The notes below the pieces were generated by a model. The model was not told the DNA's origin. It did not search any database and saw only the letters and a list, made by a program, of their open reading frames with translations. This document shows, piece after piece, positions 16,532 to 25,019 of a stretch of DNA of 42,309 bases (the first letter of the stretch is position 1; each line of letters starts with the position of its first letter). Source of the DNA: an uncultured Lachnospiraceae bacterium (lineage in GTDB: Bacteria > Bacillota > Clostridia > Lachnospirales > Lachnospiraceae); the NCBI GenBank assembly GCA_902803505.1, contig CADCQE010000235.1, positions 1 to 42,309 of the forward strand, in the 5' to 3' direction. The position numbers and the translations under genes were made by a program.

Positions 16532-18247
16532 ATGAAATTAAAAGAATTAAGGAAACGGGGACTTGTTGTCGCAGTGACAGCATCGCTTGCAGCGTGCGGA
16601 ACTGCGGCAATTCGTGTGTCTGCCGAAGATCTGAACAGTATGACGGAAGAGGAACTGATGGCCTGGCTGGATGAACCGTATCTGGCGCAGCCGGAAGTAT
16701 CCTATGAGAGCACTTACGAATCCGCTTCCGCAGAGCCTGCCGATTACGGGGAAACGGAGTGGGATTCTTCCTATTATGAATCCGGGGGCGGCGAGGAGAA
16801 CTCTGCCGGGAGCTCGAATGCATCAGATCATCAGGAAGACGTCTCCCCTGCCTCCGGCACTTCCGATGCGGCCGCTCTGAGAGCCCCCGGCCTTTTGGGT
16901 GTAGGAACGCTTGCCCTTGACAATGCGGCAAACGCCGATCTCGCGGATGTGCTTGCCAATACTGCCGCAGATTCCTTTGACCGGCAGCGGGACATTCTGA
17001 GGCTGAAGACAGATCTTGGTCTCGACCCGGTAAATGCAGATCCGGGGCTTGACGGGACTTCGGGCGGGGAGTCTGCCCAAGACAGCAGCTCCGGTGCCGA
17101 GATTCCCGGCGATGCGGAGGGTGCCGCAGATGCTGCGGAGAGCAATACAGAACCATCCTCAGCCGACACGGAGAATGACAAAGCAGCTCCGAATGCGGAA
17201 GACGGGACCGGCGGGACAACTGCGGAAGCCGAAAGCAAGGCAGAGGAAGCTGCCAAGGAGACTGACAGCGGCATCAAGGAAGAAGAAGCGGCCGCGGACA
17301 GCGGGACGGATGGACCGGGAACTGCCGCGGATGATAATCATGAGGAAGCGGAAGCTGCTTCTGATGAGAAGACGGATGAATCGCAGACGGAGGCAGACAA
17401 CAAGGCGGATGAACCGGCTGCGGACACAGATAACAAGGCGGATGAACCGGCTGCGGACGCAGACAACAAGGCCGATGAAGCTGCTGCGGATGCTGCCGAC
17501 AAGGCAGATCGCCCGGAAGCGCCGGAATCTTCCGGCAGCACAGCAGATCCTGCAGACGGGACGGCATCGGAAGCAGCCAGCGCCGAGACGGCACCGGATA
17601 CTGAGAATTCCGATGCAGGAGACAGAGCGGAGAGCACTGAGGCAGAGGCGGCCGGAACCGGGGACAGCGAAACGGATCATACAGATGGACAAGGCGGGAC
17701 CGCGGACACAGCTGATGAAGCGGATTCCTATTCTCCGATACAGATCCTGGTGGGGACTGCCGGTCCGGAGGAGATTGTTCTGCTTGATGAAGCGGACTTA
17801 GTCACATCCGGCGTGAACAACCTGATCCGGGAACAGACAGCCGAGGCGGATACGGAAGCGGCAGCTGCTCCGATTGAGGATGCGGCGGGCGCGGACAGCG
17901 GTCTGTCTCTGCATCTTGCAGGCGCTCCTTCCGGTGCGAATGAGCTTGTCGGAGACACCTCAGGCGACAGTGAGGCCGATGAAAAGCCGGTTTCAAGCAC
18001 GCGAAGCACGGTGAAAGCGACGCCGACTCCGGAAGAGGAGGAAGAGGAAGAGGAGGAAGATTCCGACGACGAGGATCTCGAGTATGGAAGCGCGCCCTCA
18101 TCTTATCAGACAAGCTCTGCCAACAACGCCCTGACATCCTCACCGAAGACAGGCGACTCCTCCGGCGTGGGGGGATACCTGGCTGCGGCGGCAGCGTCAC
18201 TGGCCGCGGCGATTGCCGCGCTCTTCGTCGGCAAAAGGCGGTTGTGA
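16532..18247 (+). CDS. Highly acidic, low-complexity sortase-anchored surface protein
   Basis: Signal peptide MKLKELRKRGLVVAVTASLAACGTAAIRVSA; body rich in D/E/A/S/T; C-terminal SPKTG (LPXTG-like) + hydrophobic helix + KRRL tail. Confidence 0.8.
   Translation: MKLKELRKRGLVVAVTASLAACGTAAIRVSAEDLNSMTEEELMAWLDEPYLAQPEVSYESTYESASAEPADYGETEWDSSYYESGGGEENSAGSSNASDHQEDVSPASGTSDAAALRAPGLLGVGTLALDNAANADLADVLANTAADSFDRQRDILRLKTDLGLDPVNADPGLDGTSGGESAQDSSSGAEIPGDAEGAADAAESNTEPSSADTENDKAAPNAEDGTGGTTAEAESKAEEAAKETDSGIKEEEAAADSGTDGPGTAADDNHEEAEAASDEKTDESQTEADNKADEPAADTDNKADEPAADADNKADEAAADAADKADRPEAPESSGSTADPADGTASEAASAETAPDTENSDAGDRAESTEAEAAGTGDSETDHTDGQGGTADTADEADSYSPIQILVGTAGPEEIVLLDEADLVTSGVNNLIREQTAEADTEAAAAPIEDAAGADSGLSLHLAGAPSGANELVGDTSGDSEADEKPVSSTRSTVKATPTPEEEEEEEEEDSDDEDLEYGSAPSSYQTSSANNALTSSPKTGDSSGVGGYLAAAAASLAAAIAALFVGKRRL
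17393..17509 (+). repeat. 33-bp (11-aa) tandem repeat, about 3.5 copies
   Basis: gcagacaacaaggcggatgaaccggctgcggac / acagataacaaggcggatgaaccggctgcggac / gcagacaacaaggccgatgaagctgctgcggat / partial; encodes ADNKADEPAAD. Confidence 0.9.
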
Positions 18248-18270
18248 TGGATAGAAACATGTGCTATAAT
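18242..18270 (+). promoter_or_regulatory. Promoter for scfA
   Basis: TTGTGA-N17-TATAAT with extended -10 TG; GAGGAGG SD before the ATG at 18312. Confidence 0.7.
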
Positions 18271-18311
18271 ACAAATTCTGCAAAAACGTATCAATTGAGG
18301 AGGGAACAAGA

Positions 18312-18455
18312 ATGAAGCACATCAAGACCCTGAACACGAAGAATCTCCGGGAAACTGTGAAGAAGGGCGGCTGCGGCGAGTGCCAGACTTCCTGCCAGTC
18401 TGCCTGCAAGACAAGCTGCACAGTTGGAAATCAGAGCTGCGAATCCAAGCGCTGA
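18312..18455 (+). CDS. scfA: SCIFF (six-cysteine-in-forty-five) ranthipeptide precursor, 47 aa
   Basis: Manual translation MKHIKTLNTKNLRETVKKGGCGECQTSCQSACKTSCTVGNQSCESKR; diagnostic GGCGECQTSCQSACKTSC; directly upstream of a radical SAM/SPASM gene; below the ORF-track cutoff. Confidence 0.97.
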   Translation: MKHIKTLNTKNLRETVKKGGCGECQTSCQSACKTSCTVGNQSCESKR

Positions 18456-18487
18456 CTCATTCTTTCCAAATTGCATCTTACAATGAT

Positions 18488-18519
18488 GTCGGCAGCGGCA
18501 TTTTGCCGCTGTCGGCTTT
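18488..18519 (+). terminator. Intergenic hairpin between scfA and scfB (partial terminator or mRNA stabiliser)
   Basis: gtcggcagcggca-ttt-tgccgctgtcggc-ttt (13-bp stem including G-U pairs, short U tail). Confidence 0.6.
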
Positions 18520-18562
18520 GTGCGTGTGTGATTGCTGACGCACAATTGACCTGAGGTAGAAT

Positions 18563-20050
18563 ATGCAAGTTCATCAGTACAGGAGCAATGGGTTGAATAT
18601 TGTGCTGGATGTGCCGAGCGGTTCGGTCCATGTGATGGATGACCCGGCTTATGAGGCCATTGCTCTGTTGCGGGAAGGCGGTGACCCGGAAAAGATCCGC
18701 AGGGAACTGAGTAAGAGGTACGGGATCGACAGTGATGGGTGTGCTGGGGATCAGGGCGCAGAGGATCCCGTGGGAGAAGTTCTCACCGAGATTGCTGAGC
18801 TTAGGGAGAAGGGCCTGCTCTTTACAGAGGAGCCCTACGCACCTTCCATTGAAGAGTTCTCGAAGCGCCCCACTGTGGTCAAGGCCCTCTGCCTGCACGT
18901 CGCTCACGACTGCAACCTGGCCTGCCGCTACTGCTTCGCGGAGGAAGGGGAATATCACGGCCGGCGTGCCATGATGAGTTACGAGACGGGCAGGAAAGCC
19001 CTGGACTTCCTTGTGGCGAATTCCGGCTCCAGGGTTAATCTGGAGGTGGATTTCTTCGGCGGCGAGCCCCTTATGAATTGGAAGGTTGTGAAGCAGCTTG
19101 TGGCTTACGGGAGGTCGCTGGAGGCTGAGAGCGGAAAGCATTTCCGCTTTACCCTCACGACGAACGGCGTTCTGCTTAATGATGAAGTCATGGAGTTCTG
19201 CAACCGGGAGATGGACAATGTAGTGCTGTCCATCGATGGCCGGAAGGAAGTTCATGACCGCATGCGTCCTTTCCGGAGCAGGAAGGGGGACGGCGGGAAT
19301 CCAAAGGACACTGACTCCAATGAGCGGGACCCCAAAGAGGCCGCTGCGGCAGGAGGAGCCTCCGTCGGGAGCTATGACGCCATCCTTCCGAAATTCATCA
19401 AATTTGCGGAACAGCGGAGGAAGCTGGGACTGAAGTACTACGTCCGCGGCACCTACACCCACTGGAACCTGGACTTCGCGGCGGATGTCCTGCATCTGGC
19501 GGATCTTGGCTTCGACCAGATCTCAGTGGAGCCCGTGGTGGCGCCTGCGGAAGCGGACTATGCGATCCGCCCGGAGGACCTGGAGACCCTGTGTGAGCAA
19601 TATGATCTCCTGGCCGCAGAGATAATTCGGCGGGAAAAAGAAGGAAAAGGTTTCAATTTCTTTCATTTTATGATAGATTTATCGGGTGGCCCTTGCGTCT
19701 ACAAGCGCTTATCGGGCTGTGGAAGCGGCACGGAGTACCTTGCCGTGACTCCCTGGGGCGATCTCTACCCCTGCCACCAGTTCGTCGGAATCGATGCGTT
19801 CCTTCTGGGAAATGTCGACGACGGCGTGGTGCGGCGGGATCTTGTCGGGGATTTCAAGAAGGTGAACGTCTACAGCAAGGAAGAATGCAGCAAATGCTTT
19901 GCCCGCTTCTATTGCAGCGGGGGATGTGCTGCGAATTCCTTCCATTTTACAGGGAACATCAACAGCGTCTACGAGATCGGCTGCGTGCTGCAGAGGAAGA
20001 GAGTGGAGTGCGCGCTCATGATCAAGGCGGCGCTCGCAGCCTCCGAATGA
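18563..20050 (+). CDS. scfB: SCIFF radical SAM/SPASM maturase (thioether cross-link-forming)
   Basis: CNLACRYC radical SAM motif, DFFGGEPL, TTNGVLL, SIDG, SPASM cysteines (GCGSG...YPCHQF...CSKCFARFYCSGGC...GC); adjacent to scfA. Confidence 0.95.
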   Translation: MQVHQYRSNGLNIVLDVPSGSVHVMDDPAYEAIALLREGGDPEKIRRELSKRYGIDSDGCAGDQGAEDPVGEVLTEIAELREKGLLFTEEPYAPSIEEFSKRPTVVKALCLHVAHDCNLACRYCFAEEGEYHGRRAMMSYETGRKALDFLVANSGSRVNLEVDFFGGEPLMNWKVVKQLVAYGRSLEAESGKHFRFTLTTNGVLLNDEVMEFCNREMDNVVLSIDGRKEVHDRMRPFRSRKGDGGNPKDTDSNERDPKEAAAAGGASVGSYDAILPKFIKFAEQRRKLGLKYYVRGTYTHWNLDFAADVLHLADLGFDQISVEPVVAPAEADYAIRPEDLETLCEQYDLLAAEIIRREKEGKGFNFFHFMIDLSGGPCVYKRLSGCGSGTEYLAVTPWGDLYPCHQFVGIDAFLLGNVDDGVVRRDLVGDFKKVNVYSKEECSKCFARFYCSGGCAANSFHFTGNINSVYEIGCVLQRKRVECALMIKAALAASE

Positions 20051-20135
20051 GCTTCGGAGTGCGGGACAAGGGCTGAGAGCTCTTCGGGATACAATTTACA
20101 TCGTTATAAAAAGTAGCAAGGAGATATATGTAACC

Positions 20136-22553
20136 ATGAAAAAAAGAACTGGGATTATCACGATAGTGATCATGATTGCCGTCACCTGCATCATGCTGTT
20201 CACGGCACTGCACGGCTGGGGACCGACCGGAACCGGCGCAATGAAGAACATTAAGACCGGTCTCGACCTCTCGGGCGGCGTTTCGATCACCTACGAATCA
20301 GACGAGGCCAATCCTGCACTTGATGCCATGGATGACACAGTCTACAAGCTGCAGCGCCGTGTCGAGCAGTACTCCACAGAGGCGAATGTCTATAAGGAAG
20401 GCCTGACTCGTATCAACGTCGAAATCCCCGGCGTCACAGATGCCAATGCAATCCTCGAAGAGCTCGGCAAGCCCGGCTCCCTGTATTTCATCGCTGAGAC
20501 AGATGCCGACGGAAATGAGAATTACAGCTACAACTCCTCCACAGGAAAGTATGAGCTGAACAAAGAGATCGATGAGCTGGAAGCAGAAGGCTCCATCGTC
20601 TGCACAGGCTCTGATGTCAGCGACGCCCAGGGCGTCATCACACAGGACCAGACAACGAAGAACAACAAGCCCGTCGTCGAACTGAGCTTCACCTCTGAGG
20701 GCACGAAGAAATTCGCAGATGCCACTACGAAGGCCTACGCCAACGGCGAATCCATCGGCATCTATTACGACGGCGAATTTGTCTCTGTTCCTTCGGTAAA
20801 TGCCGCCATCACTGACGGCAAGGCCATCATCGAGGGAATGGAAGATATTGATAAGGCCAAGGAGCTTGCTTCCTACATCCGCATCGGCGGACTGAAGGTC
20901 AACCTGCATGAGATCCGCTCCAACGTGGTTGGTGCCCAGCTCGGCCAGGAAGCCATCCGCACATCCCTGATTGGCGGCGCCATCGGCCTCGTCCTGGTCA
21001 TGATCATCATGATCGCGTTCTATCTTCTGCCGGGTGCCATCGCATCGTTTGCGCTGCTCCTGTACATCTCCATGATGCTGGTGCTGCTCAACGCATTTGA
21101 CCTGACACTGACGCTCCCCGGTATCGCAGGTATCATCCTTGGTATCGGTATGGCGGTGGACGCCAACGTCGTCATTTACTCCCGTCTGCAGGAGGAGATC
21201 ACCCAGGGCACTTCGGTCCGGGGCGCGATCAACGCCGGTTTCCACAAGGCGATGTCCGCCATCGTGGACGGCAACGTCACAACCCTGATTGCGGCCGCCG
21301 TCCTCGGCGTTCTCGGAACCGGCACGATCAAGGGCTTCGCTATGACCCTGGCCCTGTCTGTCGTTCTGTCCATGTTCACTGCACTCGTAGTTTCAAGACT
21401 GCTCTGCCAGGCTGTCTGCGCACTCGGCGTGGACAATCCGAAGATCTGGGCGAGACCTAAGAAGCTCACTCATTTCCAGTTTGTCAAGAAATGGACCAGA
21501 TTCCTCGCGCTTGCGGCAGCGATCATCGTCGTCGGCTTCATTTTCATGATTGTCAATGCCGCCGGCGGAAAGCACGCCCTGAACTTCTCCCTTGAGTTCT
21601 TAGGCGGAACTTCCACCACCGTGGATTTCAATGAGGATTACTCCCTGGCCGAGCTCGATGAGAAGGTCAAGCCTGTCATCATGGAAGTGACCGGCGACGC
21701 CAATGTCTCCATGCAGAAGGTCGTCGGCTCCCCGCAGGTCATCATCAAGACCCGCACGCTCTCCGTCGAGGAGAGAACGGCGATGTCCGACAAACTGGCC
21801 GAGAATTTCGGCGTCGAAGAGGGAAGCATCACAGCTGAGTCGATCTCCGCAACGGTCGGCAAAGAAATGCGCACTGCGGCGATTCAGGCCGTCATCATTG
21901 CGGTTGTTCTCATGCTGCTCTACATCTTCATCCGCTTCAAGGACATCCGCTTTGCGACCGCAGCCGTCCTGGCTCTCTGCCACGACGTCCTGATCACTCT
22001 GATGGCTTACGCAATTCTCCGCATCTCCGTCGGCAATGCCTTTATCGCGGTGATGCTGACCATACTCGGTTACTCCATCAACTCCACGATCGTCATCTTC
22101 GACAGAATCCGTGAAATGATGCCCGGTCTCTCCAAGGGAGGCGATCTGGCCGTGCTGGTGGACAATGCCATCAACATGACCCTGACAAGAAGTATTTTGA
22201 CGAACCTGACGACTTTCTCGTCGATTCTGATGCTCTATGTACTCGGCGTCGCGTCCATCAAGGAGTTCACGCTTCCCATGATGGTCGGTATTGTTGCCGG
22301 TGCCTGCTCCTCTGTCTTCATGACTGGCCCGCTGTGGCATTGGATGCGCGTAACCTTCGGCAAGGACGCAAAGGCATATCAGAAGGCCCGTGCGAAAGCG
22401 ATCTCCTCCTCTTCGGGAAGTGCCGGTGCATCCGGGGAAGCGGCCGCCGGTACGGCAGGGAACACGAACACTGCCCAGACAGTGAAGCGCGAGGGCGGCA
22501 ACCCGAACGTAATCCGCAAGAAGAAGACGAAAAAGCACCCGACACGGCAGTAA
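20136..22553 (+). CDS. secDF: Fused protein translocase subunit SecDF
   Basis: GLDLSGG, VGAQLG, LTLPGIAGIILGIGMAVDANVVI, SLEFLGG, SISATVGKE, GYSINSTIVIFDRIRE. Confidence 0.95.
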   Translation: MKKRTGIITIVIMIAVTCIMLFTALHGWGPTGTGAMKNIKTGLDLSGGVSITYESDEANPALDAMDDTVYKLQRRVEQYSTEANVYKEGLTRINVEIPGVTDANAILEELGKPGSLYFIAETDADGNENYSYNSSTGKYELNKEIDELEAEGSIVCTGSDVSDAQGVITQDQTTKNNKPVVELSFTSEGTKKFADATTKAYANGESIGIYYDGEFVSVPSVNAAITDGKAIIEGMEDIDKAKELASYIRIGGLKVNLHEIRSNVVGAQLGQEAIRTSLIGGAIGLVLVMIIMIAFYLLPGAIASFALLLYISMMLVLLNAFDLTLTLPGIAGIILGIGMAVDANVVIYSRLQEEITQGTSVRGAINAGFHKAMSAIVDGNVTTLIAAAVLGVLGTGTIKGFAMTLALSVVLSMFTALVVSRLLCQAVCALGVDNPKIWARPKKLTHFQFVKKWTRFLALAAAIIVVGFIFMIVNAAGGKHALNFSLEFLGGTSTTVDFNEDYSLAELDEKVKPVIMEVTGDANVSMQKVVGSPQVIIKTRTLSVEERTAMSDKLAENFGVEEGSITAESISATVGKEMRTAAIQAVIIAVVLMLLYIFIRFKDIRFATAAVLALCHDVLITLMAYAILRISVGNAFIAVMLTILGYSINSTIVIFDRIREMMPGLSKGGDLAVLVDNAINMTLTRSILTNLTTFSSILMLYVLGVASIKEFTLPMMVGIVAGACSSVFMTGPLWHWMRVTFGKDAKAYQKARAKAISSSSGSAGASGEAAAGTAGNTNTAQTVKREGGNPNVIRKKKTKKHPTRQ

Positions 22554-22560
22554 AGATTCG

Positions 22561-22597
22561 AAAATGGGACACGGGGAAGGTTCTCCTGTCCCATTTT
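22561..22597. terminator. REP-like hairpin with U tracts (GAGAACCGTCCC family) after secDF
   Basis: aaaatgggaca-cggggaaggttctcc-tgtcccatttt, followed by further Ts. Confidence 0.75.
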
Positions 22598-22640
22598 TTG
22601 CTTGCTTTCGATTTGGACAGGAGGAGTAGATTCATCGCTT

Positions 22641-24359
22641 ATGCAGGAAAAATGGAAATTGATGCCAAAGGCGGATGATTGCTGTCAGATTGCCGAGCAC
22701 TTCGGCATAGATCCGGTGATCGCCCAGGCCATCCGGAACCGGGGCGTGGTCGGCGAAGAAGCTGTTGAGAAATACCTTCACGGGGGGATCAGCCAGCTGG
22801 AGGATCCTTTCTGCCTGAAGGATATGGACAAAGCGGTCCGCATATTAAAAGATAAAATTAAAGAGAACGCTCTGATCCGCGTGATCGGTGATTACGATAT
22901 CGACGGGATTATGGCCTCTTATATCCTGAAGCGGGGGATCTCGGAGCTGGGCGGCAGAGCTGACATACGGATCCCGAACCGCGTGAGGGATGGCTACGGC
23001 ATGAATGAATCCCTAATCGGGGAGGCGGAGTCGGACGGAGTCGACACGATTCTGACTTGCGACAACGGGATCTCCGCCCATGCCGCTGTGGCCCTTGCCA
23101 AGGAGAAGGGGATGAGCGTGATCATCACGGATCACCACGAAGTGATGGAGCTGCCGGACGCGGATGCAGTCGTGGACCCGAAGCGGGAGGACGACAACTC
23201 ACCGAACCCGAACCTCTGCGGAGCGGCGATCGCCTGGAAGCTGATCCTCGCTCTCGGAGGAGACCCGGAGCTCCGCATGCTTCAGTATGCCGCATTTGCC
23301 ACTGTGGGCGACATTGTGGAGCTGTCCGGTGAGAACCGCATCCTTGTAAAGGAAGGGATCCGGCAGCTTCGCAGTACGGACAACATCGGACTTAAGGCGC
23401 TGTGCGCCGCCTCGAATATTTCCGCGGAAGCCATTTCCACCTATCACATCGGCTTTCTTTTGGGCCCCTGCCTCAATGCCAGCGGCCGCCTGGATTCCGC
23501 GATGCGGGGACTGGAGCTGCTGGAGGCTGAGAGCGAGACAGCGGCGAAGCGCTGCGCTGAGGAGCTGAAGGAGCTCAATGACAGCCGGAAGGGTCTCACG
23601 GAGAGCGGTGTGCGGGAAGCAGTAGATGTGATCCGGGAGGAAGGTCTTGCGAAGGACAAGATCCTTGTCGTCTACCTGCCGGACGTCCATGAGAGCATCG
23701 CGGGTATCATCGCGGGACGGATCCGCGAGAAGTATATGCGGCCCGCTTTCGTTCTGACCAGGGCGCAGGAGGGCGTGAAGGGCTCCGGGAGATCGACAGA
23801 GAATTATTCCATGTTCGAGGAGCTCACAAAGGTGAAGGACCTGCTGCTCAAATTCGGGGGGCACCCCATGGCTGCAGGCCTCACACTCAGGGAAGAGAAC
23901 CTGCCCGAGCTCAGGAGAAGGCTGAACGAGAACTGCCCGCTCAGCGAGGAGGATCTGGTCCCGGTGGTGCATGTCGATGCGCTCCTTCCGGTGAGCTGCG
24001 TGCGCTATCATCTGATTGAGCAGCTGGAAATGCTGGAGCCCTACGGGAAGGGAAATGAAAAACCTCTGTTTGCAGATACCCATGTGTTCTGTGACCACCC
24101 GAGAATCTTCGGTGCGAAACACACACTGCTTCGGACGAGGGTACGCTCTTTGCACAGCGGCACTGCTGCAAATGGAAATGCCGTAGCGCTGCAGCATGCC
24201 GTAAAGGGCCCGGAGTTCGATGCGATCAGCTTCCGCAATGTGGATGAGCTGAATGCGCGGATTGCGGCGAGCCCGGATGTGGCTCTGGTGTACGAGGCCG
24301 CCTTGAACGATTATCTGGGCCAGAAACGGATACAACTGGTAATTCATCACTTTCGGTGA
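22641..24359 (+). CDS. recJ: Single-stranded-DNA-specific exonuclease RecJ
   Basis: GDYDIDG, PNRVRDGYG, TCDNGI, ITDHH, ATVGDIV, PCLNASGRL, GSGRS, FGGHPMAAG, LEPYGKGNEKP. ATG at 22641 downstream of GGAGGAG. Confidence 0.95.
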   Translation: MQEKWKLMPKADDCCQIAEHFGIDPVIAQAIRNRGVVGEEAVEKYLHGGISQLEDPFCLKDMDKAVRILKDKIKENALIRVIGDYDIDGIMASYILKRGISELGGRADIRIPNRVRDGYGMNESLIGEAESDGVDTILTCDNGISAHAAVALAKEKGMSVIITDHHEVMELPDADAVVDPKREDDNSPNPNLCGAAIAWKLILALGGDPELRMLQYAAFATVGDIVELSGENRILVKEGIRQLRSTDNIGLKALCAASNISAEAISTYHIGFLLGPCLNASGRLDSAMRGLELLEAESETAAKRCAEELKELNDSRKGLTESGVREAVDVIREEGLAKDKILVVYLPDVHESIAGIIAGRIREKYMRPAFVLTRAQEGVKGSGRSTENYSMFEELTKVKDLLLKFGGHPMAAGLTLREENLPELRRRLNENCPLSEEDLVPVVHVDALLPVSCVRYHLIEQLEMLEPYGKGNEKPLFADTHVFCDHPRIFGAKHTLLRTRVRSLHSGTAANGNAVALQHAVKGPEFDAISFRNVDELNARIAASPDVALVYEAALNDYLGQKRIQLVIHHFR

Positions 24360-24432
24360 AAATCTTTTCTTTGAGATATAAACGTGGTATGATCATTTTT
24401 TAAGGTCTCTTTGTATTAAGGAGGTATGTAAG

Positions 24433-24963
24433 ATGGCAAAAGAACGTGTAGAGGATTATATTCGCTCAATCCCGGATTTCCCGCAGGAGGGCGTTATTTT
24501 TCGAGATATTACTTCGGTATTGGAGGATGCGGACGGACTGCAGCTTGCGATTAACGAGATGCAGAGGAAGCTGGACGGACTGGAGTTCAACAAGATCGCA
24601 GGACTGGAATCCAGGGGATTTGTATTCGGAATGCCGCTCGCATACAACCTGCACAAGCCTTTCGAACTGATCCGCAAGGCGGGGAAGCTGCCCTGTGAGA
24701 CAATCTCACAGGCCTATGATCTGGAGTATGGCCAGGCCACAATTGAGATGCACAAGCATGCAATTGAACCGGGCGACAAGGTCGTTCTGGTTGACGACCT
24801 GATCGCCACCGGCGGCACTATGGAAGCGGCGGCTAAGCTTGTGGAGAGACTCGGCGGCGAGGTCGTCAAGATGGTGTTCCTGCTTGAGCTCGCCGGACTC
24901 AACGGCAGAGCGAAGCTTGGAAAGTATGATGTGGAAAGTGTCGTGACCTACGAAGGAAAGTAA
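24433..24963 (+). CDS. apt: Adenine phosphoribosyltransferase
   Basis: IPDFPQEGVIFRDIT, GLESRGF, RKAGKLP, YDLEYG, LVDDLIATGGT; AAGGAGG SD. Confidence 0.97.
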   Translation: MAKERVEDYIRSIPDFPQEGVIFRDITSVLEDADGLQLAINEMQRKLDGLEFNKIAGLESRGFVFGMPLAYNLHKPFELIRKAGKLPCETISQAYDLEYGQATIEMHKHAIEPGDKVVLVDDLIATGGTMEAAAKLVERLGGEVVKMVFLLELAGLNGRAKLGKYDVESVVTYEGK

Positions 24964-25019
24964 GGAAAGCCGACTTTGCGCGATGGCCGTGCGGGCCGCC
25001 TGCCCGGTTTCGCAAGAGC

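Noticed and set aside
17393-17509. 33-bp repeats as a possible CRISPR array
   Set aside because: They are contiguous, in-frame coding repeats with no unique spacers and no cas genes.
17034-17801. Arg/Gln-rich alternative-frame ORF over the surface protein
   Set aside because: A frame-shifted reading of low-complexity coding DNA. The main frame has a signal peptide and a sortase motif.
18312-20050. SCIFF locus as a previously undescribed system
   Set aside because: The precursor motif and gene context match the established SCIFF/ranthipeptide family, so it is reported as known.
24964-25019. GC-rich stretch between apt and relA as a terminator or riboswitch
   Set aside because: No clean stem with a U tract and no recognisable aptamer consensus.
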